A DNA stretch of 37,399 bases from assembly GCA_964366355.1 (NCBI GenBank), contig CAYITO010000003.1, forward strand, positions 1-37,399. Direction: 5' to 3'. Source of the stretch: an uncultured archaeon. Lineage in GTDB: Archaea > Aenigmatarchaeota > Aenigmatarchaeia > CG10238-14 > SCSR01. The translations under genes and the position numbers were made by a program. Positions 16,653 through 24,615 of this stretch are shown here, piece by piece (the stretch's first letter is position 1; each line of letters begins with the position of its first letter). Below the pieces are notes generated by a model. It made no database searches, was not told where the DNA came from, and saw only the letters and a list, made by a program, of their open reading frames with translations.

Positions 16653-19153
16653 TTGGACGGCATCTCCAAGCCAATAATCTTTGTCTCCGCCCTGTCCATT
16701 GTGCATCCGTATACTCTGTCACCAGATTTTATTGTCTGGTCGTTGTGAGTGATCATAATAAATTGCTCAGACTTTGACAATGATTTCACCAGCTCCGCAA
16801 GCTTCAAGCTATTTTCCTTGTCCAATGCGGCGTCAACTTCATCGAACATGTAGAATGGTGCAGGCTTGAATTTTTGTATTGCGAACAGGAATGCCAATGC
16901 AGCCAGAGTTTTCTCCCCTCCAGACATCGAATCTATGTTCAACAGCTTTTTGCCGGCAGGATTGGCTTCGATGATAAGTCCTGATTCTATATCCGCTGGA
17001 TTCTCCATTTCAAGTCTTGCAGTACCATGGGTCATCTTCTGATAGATTTCGTTGAAATTATTTCCAACTTCTGTCAAACACTTGTTGAAGACTCCCATTC
17101 TCCTTTGCTCAATCTGCTCTATCATGTCGATGACGGCCTTTTTCTCAATTAGTATCTTCTCATATTTCTCCTTGTATTGGTCAAACTCGCCTTTGAACTT
17201 CTCATATTCGCTTATAGCTTTCATATTAACCAGGCCTATTTCTTCAAGCTCCCTCTGCGTTTTCTTGATGAAATTCTCCAAAATGTGCAATTTCTCATCC
17301 ACATATTCTATTTGGCCATATTGTTGCAATTCGTTCTTTGCATTCTGCAATTCAGCCTCCAGCTTCGCCTTCTCTATGTTCGCAGTATTCAATTCTATCT
17401 CGAGATTGACTTTTCTTTCATGAGCTTTCCTCCTCTTCTGTCTCAATTCATCTACATCCCTTTCAGACGACACCCTCAATTTATCCAAGTCTATAAGTTC
17501 TTTCGTAGTTTCAGAAACAGCGTATTCCTTCAATTTTTTCTCAAGTGCAAATATCTCCTGCCTGACTGATACGATTTCCTGCTCTAACTCCTTTCTTCGT
17601 GCAGTGTAAGTTTCTATTTCTTTGCCGGTAGTGGTTTCAACAAATTTAGGATGAGATTTAATATAATAACCGCCTATCATGGCCCCAGAGCGCTCCACCA
17701 AATCCCCGTCCAAAGTAACCATTCGAGCTTTGCCTATTCCTATAATTTTGGCAGATTCCAAGTTTTCTATTACAAGTGTATTCCCAAAAACAAATTCTAT
17801 TGCGGACATGAACTTGCTGTCATATTTTATTAATTTGCTTGCAACATTGACGACGCCATTCTTTCCCAGAAGCCCATTGTCTCTAAATAGCATTGGTCTT
17901 ATTTTGTTCAAAGGCAGGAAAGTAGCTCTTCCAATTCTTTCTCTCTTCAGGTAATCTATGCAATAGCTGGCAACATTCTCGTCCTCAACAACTATGTCAT
18001 GCAAATGGCGTCCTGCGGCAACTTCTATCGCAATCCTATAGTTCTCAGGGACAGAAATCAAATTCGCTACAGTTCCCACCACTCCCCTCAAATTTAATCT
18101 CAAGACAGCCTGCACAGATCTCGGCATTTCCCCCGACAATTCAACCTTTCTTGATTCCAAAGCTCCAAGCTTTTCTACAAGGTTGTTTATCCTGTCAATC
18201 TCTCTTGCATCGGAGTCCATCTTGTCTTTTGCTATCATCAATTTCGAGCGTATCTCAGAAACTTCCTTTTCGATTTTAACCTTTTTTGATATTTCTATAA
18301 GCTTCCCAGCGACCTCCCTTATGCTCGACTCCCTTTTGTCAAGTTCAACTTCAATTTGGGCAATCTCCTCGTTTAGCTTTTTGTTCAAGTCCTCTTTCTT
18401 AACCAGGCTTTCTTCAATCCTTTTGATCTGGTCTTCGTATGTTGTTACTTTTTTATGTGCAAATGATGCCTTTAAAACAGTCAATTGGTTCTGCAAATTC
18501 TGAAACTTTATAGCAGCATTTCTTTCATCTTCCAATTTCTTGAAAATGTCATATCTTTGGTTGATTATTATTTCGGCTTCTTTCAATTTCTGGTCTACTG
18601 CATCCAAATCTTTCTGGGCTTTTTCCTTCTTGTCATTATATTCTGCAATTCCAGAAATCTCGTCTATGTAATAGCGTCTTTCAATAGGATTCATTTCAAT
18701 TATTTGTGTAACATCGCCCTGCAAAATTATGTTGTGACCATCTGGGTGTATTCTAGCCGAAGATAACAGTTCAAGGATTTTTTCTCTAGTAGTGGTTTTG
18801 CTGTTGATCTTGTATACAGATAGCCCATTCTTGCTGATTTTTCTAGTTATTGCAATCTCATTATCCTCAAAAGGGAATAGCTTCTGTGAATTATCCAGAT
18901 AAAGCGTTACCGCGGCGTATTCGGCAGCCGACTTGCCTTCCCCGCCATTGAAAATCAATTCATACAATCTATCTGCTCTTAAAGATTTAGCAGAAGATCT
19001 ACCCAATACAAACGCAATGGCATCCAAGATGTTTGATTTGCCCGAGCCGTTGGGACCGGCTATTACATTAAATCCTGGCAAAAATGGGATGGATATCTTC
19101 TTGTTGAAGCTCTTGAACCCCTGCAAAGTCATCCTGGTTATAGATGTGTTCAT
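16649..19153 (-). CDS. smc: SMC chromosome segregation ATPase, short-armed (834 aa)
   Basis: Walker A: GPNGSGKSN. Hinge: LRGVVGTVANLISVPENYRIAIEVAAGRHLHDIVVEDE...RATFLPLNKI. Signature plus Walker B: MSGGEKTLAALAFLFAIQKFKPAPFYMFDEVDAALD. Confidence 0.9.
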   Translation of the reverse strand: MNTSITRMTLQGFKSFNKKISIPFLPGFNVIAGPNGSGKSNILDAIAFVLGRSSAKSLRADRLYELIFNGGEGKSAAEYAAVTLYLDNSQKLFPFEDNEIAITRKISKNGLSVYKINSKTTTREKILELLSSARIHPDGHNIILQGDVTQIIEMNPIERRYYIDEISGIAEYNDKKEKAQKDLDAVDQKLKEAEIIINQRYDIFKKLEDERNAAIKFQNLQNQLTVLKASFAHKKVTTYEDQIKRIEESLVKKEDLNKKLNEEIAQIEVELDKRESSIREVAGKLIEISKKVKIEKEVSEIRSKLMIAKDKMDSDAREIDRINNLVEKLGALESRKVELSGEMPRSVQAVLRLNLRGVVGTVANLISVPENYRIAIEVAAGRHLHDIVVEDENVASYCIDYLKRERIGRATFLPLNKIRPMLFRDNGLLGKNGVVNVASKLIKYDSKFMSAIEFVFGNTLVIENLESAKIIGIGKARMVTLDGDLVERSGAMIGGYYIKSHPKFVETTTGKEIETYTARRKELEQEIVSVRQEIFALEKKLKEYAVSETTKELIDLDKLRVSSERDVDELRQKRRKAHERKVNLEIELNTANIEKAKLEAELQNAKNELQQYGQIEYVDEKLHILENFIKKTQRELEEIGLVNMKAISEYEKFKGEFDQYKEKYEKILIEKKAVIDMIEQIEQRRMGVFNKCLTEVGNNFNEIYQKMTHGTARLEMENPADIESGLIIEANPAGKKLLNIDSMSGGEKTLAALAFLFAIQKFKPAPFYMFDEVDAALDKENSLKLAELVKSLSKSEQFIMITHNDQTIKSGDRVYGCTMDRAETKIIGLEMPSK

Positions 19154-19335
19154 CCTCTTCTCACCTTAGGATTGTTTTTATTATTTGTATGTATGATACC
19201 GTATTCTTTTGCAAGCTGCCTTATGGCATCGTAGAAGACGTCAGTCTTGTCCCTATATCGGCCTAGAGGAATCAGTGTTTCCATGTCCTTCAGAATCTGT
19301 TCTGTTGCTCTAAATGCAATTAGGCGTTTCTTCAT
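19150..19335 (-). CDS. Small ribbon-helix-helix-like protein, translationally coupled to smc
   Basis: 61 aa. KRLIAFRATEQILKDMETLI...DVFYDAIRQLAKEYG has a strand-helix-helix pattern. ATGA overlap with the smc start. Confidence 0.5.
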   Translation of the reverse strand: MKKRLIAFRATEQILKDMETLIPLGRYRDKTDVFYDAIRQLAKEYGIIHTNNKNNPKVRRG

Positions 19336-19372
19336 CTGTATCTACAATGTATGTATATTGTATTTTGACTAT

Positions 19373-19642
19373 TTAAACGGTAAATATCCGCTTAAGGCTA
19401 TCCGGCACTTCAAAAACTTTCAGATGCAATCCAGCATCTGCATATGTCCAGCACATCACGGCAGCTTCGAAGGCTTGGATAAATTGTTTTTTGTCGTAGA
19501 AGTATTTGGCGTCTTCGAAATAGGAATTTATCAGATTCATGATGTTCTTGCCTTTCGAGTCTGCCAATTTCAAGCTTTTCAAGATAACTTCCACTTTGTC
19601 AATTTCCTTTTTTGCTAAAGATTCAATTTCCATAAGCTTCAT
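19373..19642 (-). CDS. DUF357-like archaeal protein
   Basis: 89 aa. YFEDAKYFYDKKQFIQAFEAAVMCWTYADAGLHL resembles the DUF357 pattern Y-x2-DA-x-F...A...YA-x-G-x-LDAG, recalled from memory. Confidence 0.6.
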   Translation of the reverse strand: MKLMEIESLAKKEIDKVEVILKSLKLADSKGKNIMNLINSYFEDAKYFYDKKQFIQAFEAAVMCWTYADAGLHLKVFEVPDSLKRIFTV

Positions 19643-19687
19643 TAAATTTTATTATTTTTAAGTAATTAAGAAACTAAAAATGCCGAG

Positions 19688-19782
19688 TGGGCCCAGTGGG
19701 ATTTGAACCCACGACACACTGGTTAAGAGCCAGCTGCTCTGCCATCCTGAGCTTTACCCACAACTTTAGTTGTTATGGGCCC
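19688..19782 (-). tRNA. tRNA-Lys(CUU): tRNA-Lys (anticodon CUU) with a ~21-nt non-canonical intron between the acceptor stem and the D stem
   Basis: Minus strand: GGGCCCA-TA-[ACAACTAAAGTTGTGGGTAAA]-GCTC AGGATGGCA GAGC A GCTGG CTCTTAA CCAGT GTGTC GTGGG TTCAAAT CCCAC TGGGCCC A. All four stems pair once the insert is removed. No encoded CCA. Confidence 0.85.
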
Positions 19783-19907
19783 TGAGCCCTTATCAAATTC
19801 GATAGTACCGCTAAATTTTCCTCCTTAACTATCATTATATTTTTTACTTTATCTAACTTCTTCAATGCAATATTAAAATTCTTGGAAGGTACTTAAAGCA
19901 TTTATTT

Positions 19908-20180
19908 TTATTCCTTGAACTTGGATAGAACATAGGTAAAGACGACTGCCAATGCCGTCATGAACATTGCTATGAGGAATTTATAGAATAATGTATCTTG
20001 GGTAGTAAGCGTACTTATCCAAGAGGTCCAGAAGCTATTCCAGCTTAACGCCACAACCAAACCCATCGCAGAAATGACAAGCGTCAGAAAGTTGGTTCTA
20101 AATGATTTTGTGAATTTTGACAACTCTGTATTGACGACGAGATTCCTTCTCTGATTTCTCCAATCGTTTATTTTTTTCAA
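19908..20180 (-). CDS. Small two-helix membrane protein (DUF5654-like pattern)
   Basis: 90 aa. LVISAMGLVVALSWNSFW plus a second TM helix FLIAMFMTALAVVFTYVL. Confidence 0.55.
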   Translation of the reverse strand: MKKINDWRNQRRNLVVNTELSKFTKSFRTNFLTLVISAMGLVVALSWNSFWTSWISTLTTQDTLFYKFLIAMFMTALAVVFTYVLSKFKE

Positions 20181-20306
20181 TACTATAAAAATCGCCTAGG
20201 AAGATTATTTAGTAGTTTAAGTATTAAAATTTTCCTTTACGAAATAAGGAAACTAATTTTGCCGTGTCTTTCAATAATCTGCCGAATTAAACTTTAATGC
20301 AATAAA

Positions 20307-20439
20307 TGGGCCTGGAGGGATTTGAACCCTCGACCAACTGGTGTCTTCCTATCATCTTGGAATCAAAGCTTTTACTTTTGATAAAAGCCAGCTGCTCTGC
20401 CATGCTTCGCCGTGATTTTATCACTTGAGCTACAGGCCC
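20307..20439 (-). tRNA. tRNA-Lys(UUU): tRNA-Lys (anticodon UUU) with two introns (~20 nt in the D-loop; 39 nt at canonical 37/38)
   Basis: Minus strand: GGGCCTG TA GCTCAAG[TGATAAAATCACGGCGAAGC]ATGGCAGAGC A GCTGG CTTTTA[TCAAAAGTAAAAGCTTTGATTCCAAGATGATAGGAAGAC]A CCAGT TGGTC GAGGG TTCAAAT CCCTC CAGGCCC A. Exact D-loop splice points are not resolvable by eye. Confidence 0.85.
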
Positions 20440-20480
20440 CTATATTTAATTTGTAGAAATACAATTATCTTTAATTGCTT

Positions 20481-20666
20481 TTAATGTTTTCTCATTCGCT
20501 GATAGTTCTTCCTCAGCCACGTATAGCTTCTTATTGTTGATTCCCTTCCATATCCGCATGCCGCACAATATTTCTTGTCTATTCTGTAGGACGTTCTGCC
20601 GCATCGCCTGCAGCGTATATGCGTTACTTTGTTCTTCCTGCCCATCGAAGGGGTTCCCTTTACCAT
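20481..20666 (-). CDS. rpl37e: Ribosomal protein eL37 (L37e)
   Basis: MVKGTPSMGRKNKVTHIRCRRCGRTSYRIDKKYCAACGYG, the eL37 zinc ribbon. Confidence 0.95.
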   Translation of the reverse strand: MVKGTPSMGRKNKVTHIRCRRCGRTSYRIDKKYCAACGYGRESTIRSYTWLRKNYQRMRKH

Positions 20667-20670
20667 CTAA

Positions 20671-21321
20671 TCACCTTTTCAACTGAAGATAAGACTTAGT
20701 AAAGACTGCAACAAACCACGGGAAAAGAAATATGTTGTAGAAGAAATCTGTAGCAGTAGTACTAAACAAATCTGTAACAGCCATAATTCCCCATGAAACC
20801 AATACCAATAAGATAAATAATGCAAAAATTCTCCACCAATTGCCTCTTGTTATGTTCCAACTAATTTTCAAAGATTCTAAAATACCTTTATTATTAAGTA
20901 AAACAGCAGGTTCATAATAAGATAATTTAATAAAAACAAATATTCCAGGCAAAATAAGTGCTACTAAACCAAGAAAGGTTAGGGCAAAACCTAGAATGGT
21001 GGCTAATAGTAATATCAAATATCTAGATGCAACTAAATTTGTAGCTGATATAAGGGAAACTTTCTTGCCTTTAGCAGATAAAACTGTCATGACGCCAGAT
21101 GTAAAAATACCAATTAAACTGATGGTTATAATTTTTAGAATATTAAGGGGAGAAAAGATGTCAAAAAAACTTGCATTAGACCCATTCGATATTGAAGTAG
21201 GAATATCGGGTTTTAGCAGAAATGATGCTATAGCATAGATTAAACCAATTAAAATTATGATCGGGGTTTCTTTTAACGCATTAAATCCATCAACAATAGC
21301 TTTCTTTATTTTCAGCTTCAT
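20671..21321 (-). CDS. Multi-pass membrane protein; function unknown
   Basis: 216 aa with 5-6 hydrophobic helices. Ends 4 nt upstream of rpl37e. Confidence 0.65.
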   Translation of the reverse strand: MKLKIKKAIVDGFNALKETPIIILIGLIYAIASFLLKPDIPTSISNGSNASFFDIFSPLNILKIITISLIGIFTSGVMTVLSAKGKKVSLISATNLVASRYLILLLATILGFALTFLGLVALILPGIFVFIKLSYYEPAVLLNNKGILESLKISWNITRGNWWRIFALFILLVLVSWGIMAVTDLFSTTATDFFYNIFLFPWFVAVFTKSYLQLKR

Positions 21322-21442
21322 AACGACTACAACTTGCTAGACTTGGACAGGAGATGCATAAACAATCGCCGCCGATGAAACTTGGGAATGCATACACGTG
21401 ATTTATGAGGCTAACTATTTAAAAGTTGCCCAAGTGGTTTGA

Positions 21443-21743
21443 ATGGATCATGACATATTCAGATGGGAAGTGAAGATGAATGCTACTCTCAAAAATATAC
21501 GCGAGTCTAGGGAATTGTCTGAGAGGAACAAGGAAATACTTCTGAAATTTTATGACTTTTGCGTGAGGCAGGAAATTACTAAAGGGAGGATTACAAGGGA
21601 CCTCTACGACTTGACAAGGAAATTACGACAAAGATAGTTGAAAAGGATGTTGTGAGGAAGGAAGCCGACAGCATTCTAGACAAATTATTGGAAGATGCAG
21701 AATTCAAGAAAATTTTCGTTTCAAAAGTGAAGAGGATGATAAG
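21443..21743 (+). pseudogene. Remnant of an archaeal tyrosine-recombinase (integrase) gene: N-terminal SAM-like segment, then a frame-shifted short tail
   Basis: The 64-aa ORF reads IRESRELSERNKEILLKFYDFCVRQEITKGRITRDLYDLTRKL. This resembles the N-terminal arm domain of archaeal phage-type integrases (S-x2-NK-x-hh-x-F-x-D-x-h...G-h-s-x-x-R-h...Y-h-x-x-L). A stop at 21635 is followed, in the +2 frame, by VEKDVVRKEADSILDKLLEDAEFKKIFVSKVKRMIR*. No catalytic domain is present. Confidence 0.45.
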
Positions 21744-22157
21744 ATGAGAAAATTAACTAAGATAGAAATAATTGCCGTAATGGTGCCTGTGTTAATCTGG
21801 TCTGTTGCTCTATATATGCTGTACGAGAATTACAGGTGCGATTACTGCCCGAAATATCCTGACCCTGAGTTGTACAATCTTGATGGTGAATGTAAGTTTT
21901 ATTCTTATGACAGATGCATCGCTTTATGCGAATTTACAAACATGGGGAAAAGGAATTTGACTGATATCAATCTGGATATAATTTACGATGTAAACCAGAC
22001 TGCTAGGCATGCAGAAGAATTATTACAGCCTAATGAAACAATTAAAGCTGATTTGGAAGTTCCTTGTAGAGATGATTATTTTATTTTTATCGCTTCTAAA
22101 GAAGCGTGGATTTTATATAAGCAAAATGCAGAATTAATAGAGAATGTGAATGACTGA
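21744..22157 (+). CDS. Small membrane-anchored Cys-rich protein; function unknown
   Basis: 137 aa. TM helix IIAVMVPVLIWSVALYMLY, then CDYC..C..C..C. Overlaps the next gene by 8 nt. Confidence 0.55.
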   Translation: MRKLTKIEIIAVMVPVLIWSVALYMLYENYRCDYCPKYPDPELYNLDGECKFYSYDRCIALCEFTNMGKRNLTDINLDIIYDVNQTARHAEELLQPNETIKADLEVPCRDDYFIFIASKEAWILYKQNAELIENVND

Positions 22158-22656
22158 AATAACTAAAGAAAGAGTATATCTTGATATAAACATCTTCCGT
22201 GAATGGTTCGTTAGAACAATTAAAGGCGATGCCACGCCCGTTTTCTATGTGGAATTTCTTTCTGAGCATACTGAAATTGAAAAACGCATATCAATTTTCA
22301 GCATTGCCGAACTGGTAGAGACTTTATTGAAAGAACCGGAACTGCAGGGATGGAAACTGACGAAAGAATGGATTTCCAGTTTAATAGAAATTTTCAAAGA
22401 CACTGTCAGCGCTAAAATAATAGAGGAAGATGAAGCCTACAAAGGCAAGTACAGAGGTTTTTATGTGTCGCCCAAAATTGTTGAATTCACTTATCTTTGC
22501 GGTGATCTGAAGGATTCTATTCATGTGGATATAGCAAGAACTAGCGATTTACTGTTAATTACAAAAGACGATAAAGTCGGTAGGGTTAAAGTTGTATATC
22601 CAAAGGTTGAAGGAATAAGAAGTTTAATAAGACGGTATGAAAAGAAAGAGAGGTAA
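22150..22656 (+). CDS. PIN-domain-like protein (possible VapC-type nuclease)
   Basis: 168 aa. Acidic residues are in the PIN order: VYLDINIF (D), SIAELVETL (E), IHVDIARTS (D), LLITKDDK (D). Confidence 0.45.
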   Translation: MTEITKERVYLDINIFREWFVRTIKGDATPVFYVEFLSEHTEIEKRISIFSIAELVETLLKEPELQGWKLTKEWISSLIEIFKDTVSAKIIEEDEAYKGKYRGFYVSPKIVEFTYLCGDLKDSIHVDIARTSDLLLITKDDKVGRVKVVYPKVEGIRSLIRRYEKKER

Positions 22657-22803
22657 CTATTTCTTTACCTGCTTGAATAATTCTATAAGTCTTCTAGTAC
22701 CTTCCTCATAAGACAGTTTTTTACCAGGAAGAACAACAGTAACATAACGACCGTTAAGCTTCTCCGTCACCCTCCTACCTCTTATTAAAGAGCTTCTTGG
22801 CAT
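22657..22803 (-). CDS. Possible 48-aa basic protein (below the ORF-track cutoff)
   Basis: Own translation: MPRSSLIRGRRVTEKLNGRYVTVVLPGKKLSYEEGTRRLIELFKQVKK*. It is convergent with the PIN-like gene and abuts it exactly. No recognisable family. Confidence 0.3.
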   Translation of the reverse strand: MPRSSLIRGRRVTEKLNGRYVTVVLPGKKLSYEEGTRRLIELFKQVKK

Positions 22804-22856
22804 ATTACTCAGTAAAATAATAGAACTTTTTTATATTTAAGTATTGATAGATAAAC

Positions 22857-23040
22857 GAACCCACTATCGCTAGTGGGTGAGCTTTCAAACCCAACCTTAG
22901 GTTACGTCTCTTGGAGACGGTTCCACAGGCGGTACGGCTCTAATAGAATAAGGGATATTGCCAAGGATGAAGATTTGCCCGGCATTGCCCACAGACGAGC
23001 TGTAGTGCCATACCGGGGAGCATATAATAATGCTATGGTT
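22857..23040 (+). ncRNA. Candidate structured RNA of unknown class (alternative: 56-codon GTG-initiated small ORF)
   Basis: A locally GC-rich (~50%) segment with no ORF of 60 aa or more. Perfect hairpins: CCCACTA-TCGC-TAGTGGG (22860-22877), CGTCTC-TTG-GAGACG (22905-22919), AGCAT-ATAATA-ATGCT (23019-23034). TATA-like tttttatatttaa at 22827-22840 lies ~25 nt upstream. T-run gattttttag at 23061-23070 lies downstream. Confidence 0.35.
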
Positions 23041-23119
23041 TAGAAGGGTTTATATGTTTTGATTTTTTAGGGTGGAACAATGCCTTTATGCTTTTCTTGA
23101 TAAATACTGATTGTAGAAT

Positions 23120-24586
23120 ATGATAAAACTCTCTTTCTTCGGCGGGGTGAATGAGATAGGAGGCAACAAAATACTCCTTGAAGCCGACGGAACAAAAATC
23201 TTCCTAGACTTCGGCATGAGCTTCAACAAGCACACAAGCTACTGGGCGGAGTACATGACGCCTCGGAAGCTCAACGGCATAAATGATTTCATAGAGTTCG
23301 GAATGTTGCCGAAGATTGACGGCATCTACAGGAAAGACTACCTGCAGCATACAGGAATGAAATATGAAGATACTCCTGCGGTCGATGGTGTTCTTTTGAG
23401 CCACGGCCACATGGACCATGTGGGCTATGTCCATTTCCTCAGGGATGATATCCCGATATTCTGCAGCGAGGCAACTAAGATGATAATGAAAGCTATTCAG
23501 GATGTGGGTGCAGGGACGTTTAATGATTTGGTCCAGATAGCTACCAGCTTCCAGTTCAAACCAAAGAAGGACGGTAAAGGCCATTCAAGGGTATATGGTG
23601 AGGAGTCCTACAAGGACAGACCTGTCAACACTTTCACTTTCGGCAAGAGATTCAAGATAGGCAATCTTGAGATAGAGCCTGTTCATATTGACCATTCATT
23701 GCCTGGTGCTACCGCATTTATCATCCACACTTCAGAAGGTGCTGTCGTCTATACCGGGGATATAAGATTTCACGGCAGGAGGGCTGAACTGAGCGAGAAG
23801 TTTATTGAATCCGCAAGGAAGGCAGAGCCTGAGATACTGATCAGCGAAGGCACGAGGATAATGGAGAAGGACTGGGAGACTGAGGAGGATGTTGAAAGGA
23901 AGGCTGGCGAAGTGGTGAAGAAGACCAAGGAGCTTGCCATAGTCAATTTTCCCGGAAGGGATACGGACAGGCTGATTACTTTCCTTAATGTCGCCAAAGC
24001 CACGGGAAGGAAGCTTGCGATAGAGTCGAGGATAGCATATCTCCTGGAACTATTGAAAGGCACTGATTCAATACATGTGCCGTCTGTTGATGATGACAGT
24101 ATCAGAATTTACATGATGAGGAAGGGATGGGGGTTGATAGACAGGGTGGATTTCCCTGACGAGATAAGGAAGGGCGATTATGAAAAGTGGGAGCAGAAGT
24201 ACATGGGACATGATAATTTGGTCACGTGGAAAGACGTCAGGGACAGCCAGAAGGATTTCATATTCTACTGCAACTTCTTCCAGCTGAAGGAGCTCATAGA
24301 TGTCAGGCCCAAGGAAGGGAGCAACTACATAAGGTCTCTTGTGGAGCCTTTCAGCGAGGATATGGAGCTGGATGAGAAGAGGGTGAACAACTGGATGAAG
24401 CATTTCGGGCTGTATCCGATGCATCAGATACATGCTTCAGGACATGCTCCTGGGACTGAGATTAAGAGGATGATAGCTGAGATGAAGCCGAAGAAAGTTA
24501 TACCTGTACATACACAACATCCTAAGGAATTTAAGAAGATTGTTGGGAAAGAGACTAAGGTGGAATTTGCTAAGTTAAACGTATAA
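23120..24586 (+). CDS. rnj: Beta-CASP metallo-beta-lactamase ribonuclease, archaeal RNase J-like
   Basis: 488 aa. MIKLSFFGGVNEIGGNKILLEADG, DFGMSF, HxHxDH motif LLSHGHMDHVGY, IDHSLPGA, C-terminal HASGHA and VIPVHTQHP. Confidence 0.8.
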   Translation: MIKLSFFGGVNEIGGNKILLEADGTKIFLDFGMSFNKHTSYWAEYMTPRKLNGINDFIEFGMLPKIDGIYRKDYLQHTGMKYEDTPAVDGVLLSHGHMDHVGYVHFLRDDIPIFCSEATKMIMKAIQDVGAGTFNDLVQIATSFQFKPKKDGKGHSRVYGEESYKDRPVNTFTFGKRFKIGNLEIEPVHIDHSLPGATAFIIHTSEGAVVYTGDIRFHGRRAELSEKFIESARKAEPEILISEGTRIMEKDWETEEDVERKAGEVVKKTKELAIVNFPGRDTDRLITFLNVAKATGRKLAIESRIAYLLELLKGTDSIHVPSVDDDSIRIYMMRKGWGLIDRVDFPDEIRKGDYEKWEQKYMGHDNLVTWKDVRDSQKDFIFYCNFFQLKELIDVRPKEGSNYIRSLVEPFSEDMELDEKRVNNWMKHFGLYPMHQIHASGHAPGTEIKRMIAEMKPKKVIPVHTQHPKEFKKIVGKETKVEFAKLNV

Positions 24587-24615
24587 ATTGTTATTGATTG
24601 TAGCCGGACTTCAAT

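Noticed and set aside
16653-16706. N-terminal 18-codon extension of scpA given by the ORF track
   Set aside because: The extension lies wholly inside the smc coding region. The internal ATG forms a classic ATGA stop/start overlap, and ScpA homology begins after it.
17052-18766. Plus-strand ORFs of 60-130 aa within smc
   Set aside because: They lie antisense to smc. The Ser/Phe/Leu-rich translations mirror the Glu/Lys/Leu-rich coiled-coil codons.
22857-23040. Identification of the GC-rich segment as RNase P RNA, SRP RNA, 5S rRNA, a C/D box sRNA or a tRNA half
   Set aside because: I searched both strands by eye. There is no GGAAAGUCC/ACAGAA-CGGCUUA P4 pair in the correct order, no GGAA-tetraloop/AGCA helix-8 motif, no 5S loop-C/E consensus, no C (RUGAUGA) plus D (CUGA) pair, and no T-arm. 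It remains an unclassified candidate.
23204-24433. Long minus-strand ORFs (126, 97 and 121 aa) inside the RNase J-like gene
   Set aside because: High local GC lowers stop-codon frequency on the antisense strand. The sense frame carries all beta-CASP motifs.
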